DNA of 64,000 nucleotides, taken from NCBI GenBank assembly GCA_963662585.1, contig OY759729.1:192001-256000 (forward strand), given 5' to 3'. This stretch comes from Candidatus Cloacimonadales bacterium. GTDB lineage: Bacteria > Cloacimonadota > Cloacimonadia > Cloacimonadales > JAFGVF01. The notes beneath the pieces are model-generated. The model saw only the letters and a list, made by a program, of their open reading frames with translations, was not told the origin of the DNA and searched no databases. This document shows positions 59,612 through 64,000 of this stretch, piece by piece; positions within the stretch are counted from its first letter, which is position 1, and the number at the start of each line of letters is the position of its first letter. The translations under genes and the position numbers were made by a program.

Positions 59612-60733
59612 ATGTTTGAATACTTAAAAGATAGTAGCTTAAAATTAGAGCGTTTCCCTATAATTGCAGATGATAAGTTTTTAGCTTGGGATGCTGCTGA
59701 TGAATATCTTATCAATCAAGTTAATAATCATCATCCGAAACTATCCAAAGTCCTAATCATCGAAGATGAATTTGGAGCAATTGGCTTAGGATTAAAGGCT
59801 GAGAAAGTTTATTTTGTTAATGATTCCATTCTCTCAATCAAGGGCATAGTTAATAACTTTAGCCAAAACCAAGTTGATCAATCTAATATTTCTTTCATCT
59901 CACCTTATGAAGTTTTTCCTCAAGATATAGACTTAATCATCTTAAAAATACCTAAAGTGAATAGATATCTAGAATTTATCTTAAGCAAATTAAACTATTA
60001 TTATGCTAAGAACACTCCTTTAATTGCCGGATCTATGATTAAATATTTAAATCCCTCAATTTATGACTTATGCCAGAATTATCTTTCAGACTTTCAATAC
60101 TCTTTATCTTGGAAAAAAGCTAAAATAATCACAGGATTTCTCAAAAGCACTAGCGAAGTTAAGAATTTTAACACCTATCTGAATGAATTTGGCCTAACTT
60201 TGGTTAACTATCCAAATCTTTTCTCATCTCAGAAGTTGGATATAGGGACAAGATTCTTGTTAGAAAATCTTGAGCATATAGTTTACCCAGCAAATATCAA
60301 TAATATAATTGATGTCGGTTCGGCTAATGGTATTTTAGGTTTATCTTTATTTTCTAAATTCCCTGATTCAAATCTCTATTTAAGTGACATTACCTATTCG
60401 GCTTATGAATCAGCTTCAACAACAATTAAAGAGAATAAGTTCAAGGAAGAAAATATTCAACTAGTAATGGATAATGCACTTGATAATTTTGCTTCAGATT
60501 TTGCTGATCTTATCATCATAAATCCTCCTTTTCATCAGAATCATAAAGTTTCGATAACTACTTCTTTAGCAATTTTTACAGATTGTGCTAGAGTACTTAC
60601 CAAAAATGGAGCACTTATCATTGTAGCAAACAGACATTTAGGTTACCATAAACATCTCCAAAGAATTTTCTCAAGTGTTGAAATATTTCATCATAATGAA
60701 AAGTTCTTTCTTATCATAGCGACCTCATCCTAG
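59612..60733 (+). CDS. rlmG: 23S rRNA (guanine(1835)-N2)-methyltransferase RlmG-like
   Basis: LERFP...LAWDAADEYL, D.FGA, KIPK, LSWKKAK, FSSQKLDIGTRFLL, NPPFHQ, IVANRHLGYH. Confidence 0.8.
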   Translation: MFEYLKDSSLKLERFPIIADDKFLAWDAADEYLINQVNNHHPKLSKVLIIEDEFGAIGLGLKAEKVYFVNDSILSIKGIVNNFSQNQVDQSNISFISPYEVFPQDIDLIILKIPKVNRYLEFILSKLNYYYAKNTPLIAGSMIKYLNPSIYDLCQNYLSDFQYSLSWKKAKIITGFLKSTSEVKNFNTYLNEFGLTLVNYPNLFSSQKLDIGTRFLLENLEHIVYPANINNIIDVGSANGILGLSLFSKFPDSNLYLSDITYSAYESASTTIKENKFKEENIQLVMDNALDNFASDFADLIIINPPFHQNHKVSITTSLAIFTDCARVLTKNGALIIVANRHLGYHKHLQRIFSSVEIFHHNEKFFLIIATSS

Positions 60734-61010
60734 CTCCTCTTTTGATGCTCCTTAACTGACTACTTAATAAATATGTGAAATTTGATCAAGATGAGAGTTA
60801 TAGAGGAAAGGAGATGCAAAGAAGGAGAGTTGGAAAAGGATATATTAGCTAGCAAAATTAAGGCTTATTCTTTGCAGTAAAGTGATTTATATAGATTGTT
60901 ACACTAACTCTTTCCAAGCCTTTAGTTAATATTTTAAAAAAAAGATTGACTATAAATAAAGGGTTAAAGACTATGATTATACTGAATGAAAATGTAATCT
61001 TGGAGATATA

Positions 61011-62309
61011 ATGAAAAAATTGTTTGTCATTGTTTTAATTATAATAAGCTTAATCTTAGTATCTTGTGGAAAAAGCGAAATTACTTCTAACAAAACAAAA
61101 TTATTGTTTTGGCACAGTATGGGTGGTCCCTTAGGATCTGCTTTAGATAGATTGATTAAAGATTTTAATGATAGTCAGAATGAGATTGTAGTAGAAGCTG
61201 TTTCCGTAGGAAACTATACTGCTTTAACACAGAAATTAACCGCTTCTATCCAAGCAGGAAACCAACCTGATTTAGCTCAATTATATGAAAATTCAACAGT
61301 AGATTACATCAAATCAGGTGTCATTGTTCCTGTAGAAAATTTTATCCAAGAGGACCCTCAGCTAATGGAAGATATTCAAAATGATTTCTTCCCTGTATTC
61401 ATATCTAGTAATACTTACGAAGGAAAGATGTGGACATTCCCCTTTAACAAGAGTTTAAGAGTATTATATTATAATAAAGATATGTTTATAAAATTTGGTT
61501 TTGATCCTGAGATAACACCGACAACCTGGTCTGAATTTGTAGAATATTCCCGTGTAATTTGTGCTGAGAGGGATGATAGAGACAATCCATATATTTATGT
61601 TACTAATATAAATAGTAGTGCAACCCAGCTAGTAAATTTAATCTTACAAGCAGGTGGAGAAATATATGATGGTAAAAATGCTAAGTTTAATAGCCAAGAA
61701 GGAATTGAAGCCTTGAAGTATCTTCGTGGATTAGTAGTAGATACTAATGTTGCTTATTTATCAAAAGGTTATGAAGGTCAAAATGATTTCTTAGCATCTA
61801 AAGTTGCAATGTATGAAGGTTCTAGTGTTTCTATGGCTTTTATGCAAAGCGAGAATAAACTTAAATTCAACCTTGGCATAGCTCCTATTCCTAGTTTCCG
61901 AACGCAGAAGAATGTTATTAGCGGAACTAATATTGCTATTTTCAAGAGTAGTAGCGACAAGGAAGAGGCTGCTTGGAAATTTGTTAAGTGGTTAACAGAT
62001 AAAAAACAAACTGCTCAATGGTCTTATGATACTTATTATATGCCATTAAGAAAAAGTGCTTTGAATGTTTCTCCACTTAAAGAGAGATTAGAAAATGATA
62101 AGAACTTATTCTCTGTTTATGAACAATTAAATTATGCTGATACCGAACCAAGTATTTCAGAATGGAGAAAGACAAGAACAGATATAGAAAAGTTCGTTTT
62201 AGAACCTATATATAATAGAGAAAAAAATCTATCAGATGCTGAGCTTATGAAACTTTTAAATAGAGTTGCTAAAGACTTTGAAGAGCGGATAGAGGAAAAT
62301 AACGATTAA
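61011..62309 (+). CDS. ABC transporter substrate-binding lipoprotein (UgpB/sugar-binding family 1)
   Basis: Lipobox LVSC; FWHSMGG; PFNKS.RVLYYNKD; EAAWKFVKWL. Confidence 0.9.
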   Translation: MKKLFVIVLIIISLILVSCGKSEITSNKTKLLFWHSMGGPLGSALDRLIKDFNDSQNEIVVEAVSVGNYTALTQKLTASIQAGNQPDLAQLYENSTVDYIKSGVIVPVENFIQEDPQLMEDIQNDFFPVFISSNTYEGKMWTFPFNKSLRVLYYNKDMFIKFGFDPEITPTTWSEFVEYSRVICAERDDRDNPYIYVTNINSSATQLVNLILQAGGEIYDGKNAKFNSQEGIEALKYLRGLVVDTNVAYLSKGYEGQNDFLASKVAMYEGSSVSMAFMQSENKLKFNLGIAPIPSFRTQKNVISGTNIAIFKSSSDKEEAAWKFVKWLTDKKQTAQWSYDTYYMPLRKSALNVSPLKERLENDKNLFSVYEQLNYADTEPSISEWRKTRTDIEKFVLEPIYNREKNLSDAELMKLLNRVAKDFEERIEENND

Positions 62310-62325
62310 TAATTTGGAGAATTCA

Positions 62326-64000
62326 ATGAATATAAAAATAAAACTACCTGATGGTGCCATTAAAGAGTTCAATCAAGAAATTACAGTTTTAGATGTCGCA
62401 AAGAGTATTAGTGAGGGCTTAGCTAATGTAAGTTTAGCTGGTATAGTAGATGGCAAAAAAGTTGATTTAGATTTCATTATAGATCACGATGCTGAAGTAT
62501 CGATTATAACTTTTAAATCTGAAGAAGGACCAGATATTTACTGGCATTCAACTGCTCATTTAATGGCTCAAGCTGTTAAGCAACTATTCCCAGAAGTAAA
62601 AGTAACTATCGGTCCGGCAATAGATAATGGTTTCTATTATGACTTTGATAGTGAAAAAGCCTTCTCCGAAGAAGATTTAGAGAAAATAGAAGAAAGAATG
62701 AAAGAACTTTCCAACCAAAAGTTACCTTATTCAAGAAAAGAAGTTTCTCGTGCTCAAGCTATAGAAATATTCACAGCTATGGATGAACCTTATAAATTAG
62801 AGATTCTTAATGAGATTCCTGAAGATGAGATTTTATCACTTTATACTCAGGGGGATTTTACAGATTTATGTAGAGGACCTCATGTTGCTCATACAGGGAA
62901 ACTAAAAGCATTCAAACTCTTGCGTTCTTCTGGTGCATACTGGCGTGGCGATGAAAAGAATAAAATGCTTAAAAGAATATATGGTATTTCTTTCCCTTCT
63001 CCTAAAGAGTTGAAAGTATATCTTAACAATCTTGAAGAAGCTAAGAAAAGAGATCATAGAAAAATTGGTAAAGAACTAGATTTATTCTCTATCAATGATG
63101 ATATCGGACCAGGTCTTGTTTTATGGCATCCTAAAGGTGCTATGATTAGACATCTTATTGAGACTTACTGGAAAGAACAACATCTTGATTATGGCTATAA
63201 TTTAGTCTATACTCCTCACATAGGAAAAGGACACTTATGGGAAACAAGTGGCCATTTAGACTTCTATAAAGATGGTATGTATAATTCTATGGAGATGGAT
63301 GGTGTTGACTACTATGTTAAACCAATGAACTGTCCTTTCCATATTATGATTTATAAATCATCTAAGAGATCTTACCGTGATCTTCCTATGAAGTTAGCTG
63401 AATTAGGAACTGTATATCGTAATGAATTATCAGGTGCCTTACACGGTTTAATGAGAGTTAGAGGATTTACTCAAGATGATGCTCATATTATCTGTACTCC
63501 TGACCAATTAGAAGTGGAAGTAGAGAAACTATTAGATTTCTCTCTAATGGTATTAGGGAAATTCGGTTTCGAGAATTTCGAAATATATCTTTCAACTATG
63601 CCTGAGAAATCAGTCGGTGACCCTGCAGAATGGGCTGCAGCAACTGAGTCATTACGCAAAGCAATTGAAAAACATAAACTAGAATATAAAATTGATGAAG
63701 GTGGTGGAGCTTTCTACGGACCTAAGATTGATATCAAAATTAAAGATGCTCTCAACAGATCTTGGCAGTGTACTACAATCCAATTTGATTTCAATCTTCC
63801 TACTCGCTTTGATATGGACTATATTGGTAGTGATAACCAATCACATAGACCTTATATGATTCACAGAGCTTTACTTGGTTCTATAGAAAGATTCTTTGGT
63901 ACTTTGATTGAGTATCATGCAGGTAATTTCCCTGTTTGGCTCTGCCCTATTCAAGTAAAAGTCCTACCAATTTCTGAAGCAACTTCAGAATACGCTAATG
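62326..64000 (+). CDS. thrS: Threonine--tRNA ligase (runs off the window)
   Basis: Manual translation: MNIKIKLPDG..., HSTAHLMAQAV, DLCRGPHV, GAYWRGD, RDHRKIG, KPMNCPFH, GLMRVRGFTQDDAH, AFYGPKID, MIHRALLGSIERF. Confidence 0.97.
   Translation, partial: MNIKIKLPDGAIKEFNQEITVLDVAKSISEGLANVSLAGIVDGKKVDLDFIIDHDAEVSIITFKSEEGPDIYWHSTAHLMAQAVKQLFPEVKVTIGPAIDNGFYYDFDSEKAFSEEDLEKIEERMKELSNQKLPYSRKEVSRAQAIEIFTAMDEPYKLEILNEIPEDEILSLYTQGDFTDLCRGPHVAHTGKLKAFKLLRSSGAYWRGDEKNKMLKRIYGISFPSPKELKVYLNNLEEAKKRDHRKIGKELDLFSINDDIGPGLVLWHPKGAMIRHLIETYWKEQHLDYGYNLVYTPHIGKGHLWETSGHLDFYKDGMYNSMEMDGVDYYVKPMNCPFHIMIYKSSKRSYRDLPMKLAELGTVYRNELSGALHGLMRVRGFTQDDAHIICTPDQLEVEVEKLLDFSLMVLGKFGFENFEIYLSTMPEKSVGDPAEWAAATESLRKAIEKHKLEYKIDEGGGAFYGPKIDIKIKDALNRSWQCTTIQFDFNLPTRFDMDYIGSDNQSHRPYMIHRALLGSIERFFGTLIEYHAGNFPVWLCPIQVKVLPISEATSEYAN

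Noticed and set aside
62309..62326. T-box riboswitch before thrS (also checked before cysS)
   Set aside because: The intergenic gaps are only 16 and about 39 nt, and no T-box motif is present.

Overview
AT-rich bacterial chromosome segment, most likely Candidatus Cloacimonadota (FCB group). This is inferred from secreted proteins ending in the 'YPNPFNPETTI...' C-terminal sorting domain, not from a database match. The left end holds a partial helicase pair that looks like an anti-phage system: a 1.7 kaa DEAD/YprA-like helicase with DUF1998 and a nuclease-like tail, followed by a DrmD-like SNF2 helicase that runs off the window. Most of the rest is housekeeping: serC, maf, tsaB, mreBCD-mrdA-rodA, htrA, trxB, gdhA, mutM, rfaD, cdsA, uppS, frameshifted prfB, cysS, rsmD, comEA, ruvX, mltG, rph and partial thrS. 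Three GC-rich intergenic blocks (about 7.46-9.19 kb, 37.13-38.23 kb and 58.79-59.57 kb), plus a small tandem array at 10.65 kb, are built from one shared set of short hairpin modules joined in a conserved order. They look like REP/BIME mosaics, and no transposase is present in the window. Other candidates: an HhH-barrel/outer-membrane protein/5'-nucleotidase operon (possible extracellular DNA scavenging), a CofE-like ligase inserted between mreC and mreD, a secreted Ntn-hydrolase whose catalytic Cys follows the signal peptide, an unannotated 54-aa Cys-rich ORF, and a probable CTG-initiated TPR gene. No rRNA, tRNA or CRISPR array was seen.
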